This document shows, one piece after another, positions 21,353 through 32,049 of a stretch of DNA of 63,090 nucleotides. Position numbers and translations under genes: made by a program. The DNA is taken from NCBI GenBank assembly GCA_030167865.1, contig JALAGF010002624.1, positions 1 to 63,090 on the forward strand. The letters are read 5' to 3'. This stretch comes from Craspedostauros australis. Taxonomy: Eukaryota. Numbering within the stretch: the stretch's first letter is position 1; each line of letters opens with the position of its first letter. The notes beneath the pieces were generated by a model. That model did not search any database. It was not told the DNA's origin and saw only the letters and a program-made list of their open reading frames with translations.

Positions 21353-22627
21353 ATGCACAATATGCACATCCTCGTTTCTGTTCAGCCAAACTCTGAGTTG
21401 GCTGCCAACATGAATCCACTGCGACCACATGCGCATCAAGCAGACTGCTCCTGCGTCAACCATGGTCATGCTGGTACTTATGACAACCAACAGCAACAAC
21501 AACACCAGCAGCCGCCGCAGGAGCAACTGCTACAGGAAGACCAGCCCGCATACCTGCGACAACGGCAGGAAGAGGTCCGTGATCGCATTCAGCACATGAA
21601 GAAACTCGAATCCACAACGTACAACCGATCCGCGCACGCGAAGCATCCCTTCCTCATGTGCGACCCCCAGCAGAACAAAACGTGGCGACGCCAAATGATC
21701 GATTGGATCGCCTCCATCGTGGGGCATTGCAAGCTGCAGCCCGAGGTGGTGAGTGCTGCCGCCTACTATATGGACGTGGCTGTGTCGTCGTCGTATACTT
21801 GCACCGGTGAAATCTGCGACACACGCTCTGCGGATACCATCGCCATCACGCCGCAGCAGTACTCCTGCCTGGCACTGACATCCTTGGTTCTCGCATTGAA
21901 GGCTTTCGACTCTCCGCATCAGCGGCTTCTCAAGCTCACGGCTTTGGTCGGGCTGGGTGACGGCAGCTTCGACGTGCAAGATGTGGAGCACATGGAGCGC
22001 CAATTGCTGCGCGTGCTCAAGTGGAGAATCCACGTCCCCACACCCAACTGCTTCGTGAATCAGTATCTCGCGCTGATGACGGATTGGAAGATCGACGATG
22101 ACATCTTTGATCACAGTTGCGAGTCCGATGATGAAAGCCGCGATCACGACAGCTCCGTCTTTGCGGATCACATTCGCACACTCGCAGAGGATGCCATCAT
22201 CGAGTCCATCCGCAATCCCAATTACGTTCATTGCAAGCCATCCAAACTTGCGCAAGCGGCCATCGGCGTTGCCATCCAACAGCTGTCACAAGGCATCGAT
22301 CTTCGCCGCCCGCCGTCGTTTGCTTCGGATAGCATGGCGCTCTCTGCTGTATCGTTCCATTTCTTTGAAGATCAAATCAAGGCTGCGGATGGCATCGATT
22401 TCGATACGCTGCAGGCGTATGCCGGCCAATGGAAGCGCATCATTGCGCTCGGCGACGATGTGGTCTCACAAGCCACGCCCATGGCGGCGGATGCACCTTG
22501 CGACGCCACGGGATGCCATCCACCGAAAGCCCACGCAGGCCAACCGTCGACGCCCACACAGAAAACGCATGACACGTCGCAGCAGTCTCCCATCCAGGTT
22601 GTGGAATACTACGAGTACGAGACATGA
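21353..22627 (+). CDS. Cyclin (diatom-specific cyclin-like)
   Basis: Cyclin N-box WRRQMIDWIASIVGHCKLQPEVVSAAAYYMD...YSCLALTSLVLALK...DVEHMERQLLRVLKWRIHVPTPNCFV and C-box KPSKLAQAAI. ATG 21353 follows a CAA-rich leader; an alternative ATG is at 21269. Confidence 0.92.
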   Translation: MHNMHILVSVQPNSELAANMNPLRPHAHQADCSCVNHGHAGTYDNQQQQQHQQPPQEQLLQEDQPAYLRQRQEEVRDRIQHMKKLESTTYNRSAHAKHPFLMCDPQQNKTWRRQMIDWIASIVGHCKLQPEVVSAAAYYMDVAVSSSYTCTGEICDTRSADTIAITPQQYSCLALTSLVLALKAFDSPHQRLLKLTALVGLGDGSFDVQDVEHMERQLLRVLKWRIHVPTPNCFVNQYLALMTDWKIDDDIFDHSCESDDESRDHDSSVFADHIRTLAEDAIIESIRNPNYVHCKPSKLAQAAIGVAIQQLSQGIDLRRPPSFASDSMALSAVSFHFFEDQIKAADGIDFDTLQAYAGQWKRIIALGDDVVSQATPMAADAPCDATGCHPPKAHAGQPSTPTQKTHDTSQQSPIQVVEYYEYET

Positions 22628-22893
22628 ATGAAGATGTGTGGAGTTCTCCGTGCTCCTGCCAGCGAGCAGATGCAACACGTGCAATATATGTAGACCGTAA
22701 TCTAAACCAATGCTAAACAAGAGACCGACTCAAGATGTTGACAGCAACTATTGTGCTCTGCAATAGAGTCATCTACTGTCTGGAGTACTCCATGTTCAAT
22801 CAGGATGGCACAGATACTCCTCTGGTATACAGTACCGCGCTGGTTCGTTATTCGTAAGGGTGTCGAGATCTGCTGCATTCGATCACCGTCCTA

Positions 22894-25151
22894 TCATCGC
22901 ATGTTCCGTCTGTTGCGCTTCCATTTGCCTTCCACGACATTGCGAGACCATTCCTCCGGGAGTTCCTCCACCGCCACATCGTGCAAGGCGGATTTTTTCG
23001 TCAGCTTCTCAAACAGCTCCGGCGTCGCGCTATGCTTGACCTCCTGCAAGACGAGATTTCCCAGCTGACCGTCCCGGCAGCACTTCTTGAAGATGAGCTC
23101 CGCGACCTGCTCCAGCGAGTCGGGATCCTCCATGAGGTTGCTGCAGACCTTCAGGAATGTTCCATACGTCACCTGATCCGGCGAACCGTAATTGCTGCGT
23201 TCCAGTTCCTTCATGCGTGTGTGCGCAATGTCCATCACCTGACCGAGATCATCCGTCATGGCGGACGTGTAGGCGCAGGCATTCAACACGGCATTCACAG
23301 CCACGACGTTTGGTCGGACGGATTCATTGCCATTCTCGTACAGCGCAAGCATATCCTCAAACAGTTCGTTCGCGCGCTGGGCCTTGCCGTAGCTTTGGCT
23401 TCGTCCCCAGGCTGTCGAAGCAGTTGTTCAATCGAAGGGCAATTTTCGGTCAAGTGCAATCAAGATGGCGCGGTACGAGTGGGGTGAAGCCGGGGTTGAA
23501 GTTGAAGTGGAGGATTCAGATCAGTGGTGCGGTGACGCGAATGAAAGATAATCAGAGAATGGCATTCAATGCGGTGTGAGATGAGATTGACGCTGCGCAA
23601 CACAAGACGACGATACGACAGACGCAATATTCCCAATAGAGAAGAAGGCAAGGCAAACTCACCACTGATGACCGTGGAAAAGCTGCGGACGTCCGGTTGC
23701 AGCAAGATGTTGCCTTCGTCGGCCAACTTCGTCATGCACTTTAGCAACGACTCCGCCTTTTCTTCCGCCCCATACTCCCGACTTCTGGCCCACGCGTTCA
23801 TGACGGAATTGAAGGATCGCGTGTTGTACATGACGGTGTCGTACTCGCATTCCTGCATGCGTTTCAGCACGTCCTCGGCATGCTGGGCCGAACCAGGCTC
23901 GCCGCTTTTGGCGTAGGCGTCGATGACGGCGTTGTAGCTGACCGTCGTGGGTTGGCAGTCCAAGTTGCCCGACTGGAACTCGGCCTCCATCTGAGACAGG
24001 ACGGATTCCGCGCTGTCGGCGGAGAGGCGCTCGCGGGAGTTGGCCCAGGCGGTGATGAGGCTGTTGTACGTCGCCGTCGTCGGTTTCAGCTCCGTCATGC
24101 CGCTGTCGTGGAGCGCCCGCAGACGATCCAACACGGCCTCGGCGCGCAGGGCGGCGCCCGGCTGCCCGCTCTTGGCATGGGCGATGATGGCGCAGTTGAA
24201 GCACCTTGTTGTGGGTTGCATGCTGGTGTCACCATTCTCATACATCTCCAGCATGGTGTCGCACAGGCGTTCGATGTGCTCGGCGGCATGGGGCTCGCCG
24301 TTGTTGGCGTACGCTTCGATGACGGCGCAGTAGGTGAATCGGTTGGGTTGGCTGGCACTGTTCTTGCCTTTCTGGTAAAGCGAGTCCATGCGTTTCAGTA
24401 TGCTCTCCGCGATGGCTCCCGCGTCCTCCAACGAGGGGGACTTCGCGAGGGCGTTGATGACCTTGGTGTAGGACCGAGCATCGGGGCTGACATCGAACGG
24501 GCAATCCTCTGCCAACTTGTTGGTCTTCGCTCGATGCAGCTCCTCCATGCGTCGCAGCAACGCCATGGCCTGATCCGGGGCATCCGTCTCACCGGATGAC
24601 GTCCATGCGCCGATGAGGAAATTGAATGTTTTCAACCCGATCTTCATCTTGGAACCGATCAGGTTGCTGTCCTTGTTCGTCGTGCCGGCGTCTGCAGAGG
24701 ATTCTGAAGCACCGACCCACACGGAGGGATGCGTTGCACGCAGCAACTCCGTCGTGCGCTTGCGCAAAAACCGAACGTCGCCATCGAACGGCTTGACCTT
24801 GCGACGCGGCTGGTGCTTCTGGTTCGACGCCGCTGCCTCGCCCAATACCTCCTCCACATCAACGTCCTCATCGTCGTCGTCATCCGTGTCTTCTATGGTG
24901 GCAAGGAACTCGTCTGCGTCGTCCATTCCTTTGTCGGGTCCGACCGAGGCGACGCCGGAACCGCTTTCCGTCGTGAGGTGCAGCGATCGATCCTGTGGCC
25001 TGCTGGTTGTTGGGACGACATTTCCCACTTTCGACACGGATTTACGTTGCACGCCGCTGTACATGTCATTGGTGAAGGCCTGGGGGCTGTTCTCCGCCAT
25101 GCGCAGCATGATCAACGCTGCCAGCAGGCAGTTTCGTTTTCCGACGAGCAT
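22894..25151 (-). CDS. Pentatricopeptide repeat (PPR) protein, 2 exons, probably plastid-targeted
   Basis: Exons 25151-23663 and 23411-22894 (GT-AG intron) give 668 aa. Repeated PPR units include PDARSYTKVINALAKS, PNRFTYCAVIEAYAN, PTTATYNSLITAWANS, PTTVSYNAVIDAYAKS, PDVRSFSTVISAWGRS, PNVVAVNAVLNACA and PDQVTYGTFLKVC. The N-terminus is MLVGKRNCLLAALIMLRMAENSPQAF. Confidence 0.93.
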
Positions 25152-26892
25152 CGTGGAGGTCTTTTGAGGCGGAATTGGGCAATGCGGACGAAGTGGGGAC
25201 GGACTGAGAGACGGATGTGCTTGATTGATTGATTGATTGATGTGATCAATGAAGACAAATATTTCTATTTTCGATGTGTGTATCGTATCACTGCTATCGC
25301 CAATGCCGCGATCACTCAGACCGAAACGAAGAGGAGGGAATAAGGTCGATGTTGATGTTGTAGCCAACGTCGTCGATGGCGATGGCGAGAGTCTCTGATG
25401 TCCTTGGCCGAGTTCTGTTTCTGGAGATTGTTCTGCTTCGTTTTGCAACTGAGACGTACGTGTACTCTTGGAGGTGTGTGACACCACCACGCAACTCGAG
25501 AGGCCTTCAAGGTGACGGTCTGCTCTCGACCACAATGGCATCAACAACCCATCAGCCAACTTGCCACAACCAACCAACCAACCGACCGACAACAGCAACT
25601 CGGTCGTTCCTGTAATTTTCTGCCCATCGAACAAAGTGCCACCCAAAACTGCATGGAAAATGATGGCCATCAACACACGCAGAGAATACGTTGAATGAAG
25701 TACGTCAGTCGTTCGTTGATGTTGTTGTTTTGTTCTGGACAATTTTGGCTGATACCGATTCGATGGACTAACATTGACCTGAAGTTAATCTATCAAGTCG
25801 ATCTACTCTCACGACTGCGTTGATCGAAGTTGTCCATTCATACAAGGGTTCGCACGATGAAAAGGATTTCATTTCCCATTTTGGCCTCGTCCAAAAACGC
25901 CAACAACACCAGTGAGAACGGCGAGCCCTTTTATTAAGCTCACGTACTTAATAGTAGCGGAAGAGAATTCTTGTGTGGGTTTACTCAACCTCTATCATTA
26001 AGTGTGCCTGTGTAGAACGACGCATCAAATCGGCACCCGAACATGATCGCGAGTCAACACCATACAGAGAAATGTCCACGGTGCCGCATTTTGTCGCAGT
26101 CTCTGTCTGGTGTGACAACAATGGTCACGGAACTGCAACCAACGATCACATCAGGGTGGACCAAAGAGGCACAAATCCCACAGTCGGATTGTACTGCGGC
26201 TGCACAGACTTGTTGGGACTGACATTGGAATTCGACAGTTGCGTCAGTTTTCACGTTGGCTAGATTATCATTTGTATCGGTAAACGAGTCATCCCCTGTC
26301 GTGGGGAGGCTCGGGTTCGTTGTTCGTCTCTGATTGCGGTACCTCCGCGTACAACGCCGGTCACATCCGTTCTTGTCCAAATAGTTCTTCTTTTGCTCTG
26401 TTCCGTAGTGACCGCACCAATACCATACGAACCAGCACTGCGTGCCAGTCGCACCGATACGATTTGGGTGAAGCCGTCATGAGGGTCAAGGAATCAGGGG
26501 TGTAGGAACGGACAAATTGCAGGCTCTGCTCTGTTCCGCTCCAACAACCACTCAGCCAACAGCTGCCCAGCGAGTCCAAACGGGGCTGTTTCCATTCATT
26601 ACCACACCATACGACTACGCTGCCGTAACAGTCTGAAAACTCCCACTTGTTGTCGAGAGCGCTGACAGCATCCTTCCACGACCATACTTCGCTTTGGCGG
26701 GCCTTGTTGCGCACGCCTCAGCATCTGTTGTTACCACCACTGCAGCCAACGCTGATACCCAAGCTTGATTGAGACCACACACAAACATCGAAGTGGCCCA
26801 AATAACGGGACACTCCGGCAGAGGCGAGGCGAGACCACCGCTGGGGAACGTCGGTGGGCGGTTGACTGAGGCAAGCGCAGATTACTCGCACC

Positions 26893-29207
26893 ATGGTGAT
26901 CAACCTGCAGTTCCCTTGGAGGCTGCATCGCATGCTGGATCAGGCGGAGGATGGCGACTTCAAGGGCATCGTGAGCTGGATCATGGAGGACAAGGCCTTC
27001 TCCGTGCATGACATCGACGGCTTCGAACGTGTCGTCATGCCCAAGTTCTTCACATCGCACAAGTACAAGTCCTTCCAACGCAATCTCAACATCTGGGGCT
27101 TCGTGCAGATACGCCTTGGATACAAGGCGCGGTGCGGTTACTGCCACCCGTACTTCGTGCGAGGTCAGCCGAATCTGTGCTGCCTCATGACGCGATCCAC
27201 TATCAAGACAACACGTGCTGCTGCCGAGGCACAGGCTGCGTTGGAGGCGGCGTCGTCAGCGGCCACGGTGTCCGGGACAGGCCTCGTGCCCGCATCTGTC
27301 ATCGTGAATGGGAGGGATGCTTCATCAACACCTGCAGCAGCAACAAAGGATCAATCCACGTTCACTTCGCAGGACACATCCCAACTTCAGAAGCAGCAGT
27401 CTCAGAGTCGTCAGGCCACGGTGCCGACGGGCAGGCACCTGGGGCAACAGTTGTCGGTTGAGCTCCTCATGAGCCTCGCCAATGGGGGGACTGGCGCCAT
27501 GTCAGGCGGTAATGATCGCTCGGCCGCACCTTCCCCAGCAACACCCATGCATGAGAGCTCTGCAACGGCACAGCAGTCTCAAAGTCAACAGAACCAGCCA
27601 CTTCACACTTTGGTTCCCCCACAAGCTCAGCGAGGGGTGTATCCGCAGCAGCAACAGCAGCAAGAAGAGCAGCAACAACAAGAAGCGCAGCAGCAACCTC
27701 TGACGGTAGGATTGCCTCCAACGGTACCATTGGCATTTCCTCAGAGCCTTCATCGCGTTCTGGCTCTAGAGGAAGAGCATCCATTCATCTCTTGGATGCC
27801 GAACGGTCGCAGCTTTCGCATCATCGACGCTTCCAAGCTCAGCACCGACAAACTGCGGGCTTGCTTTGGACACGACAACCTCGCGCAGTTCTTTCAGTCG
27901 CTGCTTAATTACGGATTCACCTTCCTCATTGCGGGAGCAAACTCGGGATCGTTCTATCATGAGGTAAGTGCGAAAAAAGACGGCAGGGAAGGGGAAGAAA
28001 GGAGCAACCTCTTGTCTCAGGATCGTCTTGCATCTTTCGTGGTGCTTGGGTGAGCTCCAGAGCTTATCGTTTCTCACCAGCAATCTCTCGTGTAAATGAA
28101 GCTGAATGTGATTCCGAGACAATTAGGGGGGTTTCTCAACGAACCTTGACGCACCCACCATACATGCCCGTATGGCACGCCAGAGCATTCCAAACCAATC
28201 GGTTCTATCAAATCTTTGAGCGTGCAGAGAACCATTTGTTTGTTCAAAGCGATGACAAAACCATCAAAACTGCCTCCCTCATCGCTCACAGCCACTTGTT
28301 CAATCTGCGTACTCCACAAACACACATTGCGTATCCTTCCGAAATCGGCATTGCTCCACATGTGAATCGGTGCATTGGGTTGCACTACCCCGCTTCGATG
28401 ATACACGTTTTGCGTCATGACTCCTATTGGATCCCCCAGCTAATGATCCGAGGGTACCCACATCTCACGAGACACATGTCATCGCCTGAAGAGTCCCGAA
28501 AGTACAAACCCGATTTCAACACCGATCCGATATTTGCGCTATCACCCACTGCTGACGCAGCTACGAGCACCAGTATCGATGGTACTCCATGCAATCCCAT
28601 CGTACTGGGCGACGGCGGTATCTTGTCTCCCCGTAAGCAGGCACTTGAGCAACAGATACAGATACTGCCACCGCAGCCGCAGCAATTGTTGCAGATAAAC
28701 ATGCAACCACCGATTGTTGCTGGCCTGCCACCGATTCACATGGCGCCTGGTCAGGTCCAAACACAGCAGCCGCCAATCTTCGTACCACTTGGTGGCGCAT
28801 TGATGCCTCCTCCCGGAGTTTCAGCAATCGTTAACAGCACCCAAGCCAGTGCGCAGACCACCGACTCCGACAGCGCCACCAACACTGAAGAACAAAAGAA
28901 CGAACTGTCGACGAATTGGCAGAATCTCCTTCCCGACGCCAGCTACAAACCTCTCGCCAACACCACTTTCATCCCACCTGGTCCTTTTCCAACGGCAACG
29001 CTACCAGCGTTCCAAATCAACGGCGCCGAAACGACACCAGCCCCACCGACCGTCGCAGTTATGCCGGACGGCAACGGCAATGGCGATGGCAACAACCAAA
29101 ACCAGCCGCAGGCAGCAGTGCTCGATTTCGTATTCCAGTTCGCCAACAGTCTTGTTCAGCAACAGAACAATGGCGATCCACAAGGTCCAGACAAAAAGGG
29201 GTCGTGA
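26893..29207 (+). CDS. Heat shock factor (HSF)-type transcription factor with two HSF DNA-binding domains, 2 exons
   Basis: Exons 26893-27963 and 28440-29207 give 612 aa. Domain 1: FPWRLHRML...IVSW...F...SFQRNLNIWGF...YCHPYFVRG. Domain 2: FPQSLHRVL...ISWMPNGRSFRI...NYGF...FYHE|LMIRGYPHL, split by the intron. Gln/Pro-rich linkers. Confidence 0.9.
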
Positions 29208-29617
29208 GATACCATGCCATACAGTTACCGCAGCTCATGCCACGCGGATGGAGAGTGCGACAGCAACAAATCGTGCGTGAGAACAACTTGCATAGATCGT
29301 ACACACACGCACATACGCTCTGCAGCCGATGATTCGCAGGTATCCAACCGATTTGAGGTCGGCAGAATAGCGAAGCATCCGTGATAGAGTCTTGGGGGGA
29401 GAGTAGTGAGTTGATGTACCACTTAAAGAGTACCTAATTTTGTCCGACTTTGAAATGACATCACCAAGATGACCGGGCTCTATCTGCATTCTCCTATTCC
29501 TCATCGTGTCCAATGTCGGCCCACTTCAAGATTACTGCAGCATGTGAGGAGAGTATGCTCGTACATAACAGGGTGTATAATAGACGATGTCAGATAATCG
29601 CGACGATGTGCTATGCT

Positions 29618-31444
29618 CTACTCCGTCTTGGTGAAAAGGGCAAGAAAGAAACCTCCAGTGTCGTGATCCTGCGGCCAAAGGCGCACGCATCGTTCCAAGT
29701 GAAGGGACTCGTTCGTGTCCGATTGGCCCTTTTGTGTGGACCACAAGGTCTTGGGCAAGGCATGATGCTGATTGCATTCTCTAGCTTCTTGCCACGACGC
29801 AAACCACTTCAGTTGTGCGGATTCTCCATCATCGCTGTCGCTGTGGTCCTGCTGCTTGTCCTCGTCGTCGTTCTTGGCGCCGTCCTTATCCCCGTCTTTG
29901 TTGTTGTCGCCGCCGTCATCCAAGTAAGTCGCCACGCGCCAGGTCGATATGCCGGGCCGATGCGTGAATCCGTTCAATTGCGGCATGTCCAGCAATTCCA
30001 CCGCCTCCACTTTGCGCAAAGCCGCCGCCACGACGGCTTCATCTTCGATGGGATTGAGGGAGCAGGTGGAATAGCACACGATGCCACCGACCGGCATCAA
30101 TTGCAAGGCGCGCACCAAGATGCGCAGTTGCGTTGTGTGCAGTTCGTTGCCCAGCTGGGGCTTCCACATGGGCAGTACGTGCTTGTCCTTGCGGATCGTG
30201 CCGTCGCCGGAACATGGGACATCGCAGACCAGGATGTTCCACGCAGTGCGCGTTGTGGGCAGTTCGATCTTGCTGGCGTCTTGGCAGGAGTACGTGATGC
30301 GTTCGATGAGGTTGTCGGCAATGCCAGATCGTTGCACGGCCTGCTGCAAGCTATCGAGTCGGGATTGCAAGATGTCGTTGGCGATGATGCGTCCTGGTTT
30401 CTTCGTTTTGGTGGGTGCACCTGCGATGATCTCCAATGCCTGCATCGTTTTCGAACCAGGGCTGGCGCACATATCCACGACGCGCGCGCCGTATCTTAAC
30501 CCGTCAATGAAACTGTCTCTGTCGCCGCCATTGCTTTTGCGCTGTCTTCGTTCTTGCGCCAATCGATACAGCACCATGACAGGTAACATACTGCCGATTT
30601 CCTGACGCGCCAAGACACCGGACTCGGACCACGCCACGATCTGACGATGCAGTTTCGGAAATTGTTGCGACAGCGCCGCCTTGAACAATCCAGATTCGGA
30701 CGTTGCCTGGTAGATTTCGGAATACTCGTCACTCCAGGCCACCTTGCGGAATGTATCATCCTTCAGGATGTAGTCGCGCACGTCATCGAGCTGCGACTGC
30801 GGCAACAGTGATTTGCGAAGCCGCAATGTGAGCGGCAATGGCCGAGAGAATGCGTGGAAGAATGGGAGGTATGCGAGTGACGCGTTCTTGCTGTTGTTGT
30901 TGTTGTCAGTGGCGCTCTTGGAATGTTTGCTCCATGCCTGAAGGAGGGGACGATCATCGCCTTGCAACAGCGTTTCCATGTGCGCGAGCGTTGGCAGTTG
31001 CGTTGTTGTTGTTTGCGAGTTGGACGGCTCGATGGTTGTTTGTGGCGTGGCGTCATCAAGCGCCTGCGGCTTGGTGTTTTTCTTCTTCTTGCGTCGCTTC
31101 TTGGCAGCACGTGACATGCCTCGTTGCTGTTGTTGCGGTTGCGGTTGCGGTTGCGGTTGCGGTTGCTTGTTGCTATTGTTCTCTTGTGCGTCGGACGACG
31201 ACTGCTGACCGGACCTGACCGTGCCCCTGAATGCGACGAGATCATCGCCATCGACCGTGCTACCGCAGACGGTACCTGCAGGTTGCTGCATGTAGTACTG
31301 CACGAAGAGGTCATAGCCAGCACCTGAACGGCGGAACCAGATGTTCTCATGCCGTTGCTGCTTGCCACGCGCCTGCGACAAGGGGTTCATGCCGCGTTTG
31401 CGCTTGGATTTCGGTTCCGTCGCCAGTTCGTCGCTGCGCATCAT
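29618..31444 (-). CDS. NSUN2: RNA (cytosine-5)-methyltransferase, NSUN2/Trm4-like (NOL1/NOP2/Sun family)
   Basis: 608 aa with RQEIGSMLPV, VVDMCASPGSKT, IIAND, LVCDVPCSGDGTIRK (motif IV Cys), YSTCSLNPIEDEAVV (motif VI Cys) and RLWPQDHDTGGFF. Confidence 0.88.
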   Translation of the reverse strand: MMRSDELATEPKSKRKRGMNPLSQARGKQQRHENIWFRRSGAGYDLFVQYYMQQPAGTVCGSTVDGDDLVAFRGTVRSGQQSSSDAQENNSNKQPQPQPQPQPQQQQRGMSRAAKKRRKKKKNTKPQALDDATPQTTIEPSNSQTTTTQLPTLAHMETLLQGDDRPLLQAWSKHSKSATDNNNNSKNASLAYLPFFHAFSRPLPLTLRLRKSLLPQSQLDDVRDYILKDDTFRKVAWSDEYSEIYQATSESGLFKAALSQQFPKLHRQIVAWSESGVLARQEIGSMLPVMVLYRLAQERRQRKSNGGDRDSFIDGLRYGARVVDMCASPGSKTMQALEIIAGAPTKTKKPGRIIANDILQSRLDSLQQAVQRSGIADNLIERITYSCQDASKIELPTTRTAWNILVCDVPCSGDGTIRKDKHVLPMWKPQLGNELHTTQLRILVRALQLMPVGGIVCYSTCSLNPIEDEAVVAAALRKVEAVELLDMPQLNGFTHRPGISTWRVATYLDDGGDNNKDGDKDGAKNDDEDKQQDHSDSDDGESAQLKWFASWQEARECNQHHALPKTLWSTQKGQSDTNESLHLERCVRLWPQDHDTGGFFLALFTKTE

Positions 31445-32049
31445 CTTGGTGTACTGCAGTGCGATGTGTGTATGGTGGGTATGGGTGAGTGATCGAATGA
31501 GCGAATGATCGAATGAGCAGGTGAAGTGCCACTGCTCTGGAGTAGAGTGGATGGATGGATGGATGTCTTACGATGTATACCACGAGTGCTCAGTCATCCA
31601 TTCATCGCAAGCGCGATGTGCCGATGAATCTTGGAACGAAGCGAAGGTATCTTGTGCTGGTGGCTGGTGTGAATCCGATGGGTCGACAGATTCAAGAATC
31701 GCCAAGTGTCAGCAGATGCCTGACATACGTGCAGACGAGAGGAACAAGATCATCGCGATGACTGCCACGCAACACAACAGAGAAAGACACAGCCCAATCC
31801 ACAGGAGATCAACACAACAACACCACTGCGCACAAACAAGACAGAAGATCCATCATCCGTTCTGCAACAAAATCGTAGTCGCTTGACTGTCGACGGTGCT
31901 GCCATCTCGATTGCTACAGAGTTTAGTGCTATCCTCAACTGTACTCCCAAGCCAATTCCAACGGAAGACCTAACATCTGCATCCGCATCGTGCATTCATT
32001 GCAGGAAGAAGGAAAGGAAAGGGACAGCAGGTTGGCTCCACGACAGACC

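Noticed and set aside
25152-25742. 197-codon in-frame N-terminal extension of the PPR ORF
   Set aside because: It crosses a (TCAA)n microsatellite and leader-like sequence, whereas ATG 25151 gives a clean signal peptide plus AF motif.
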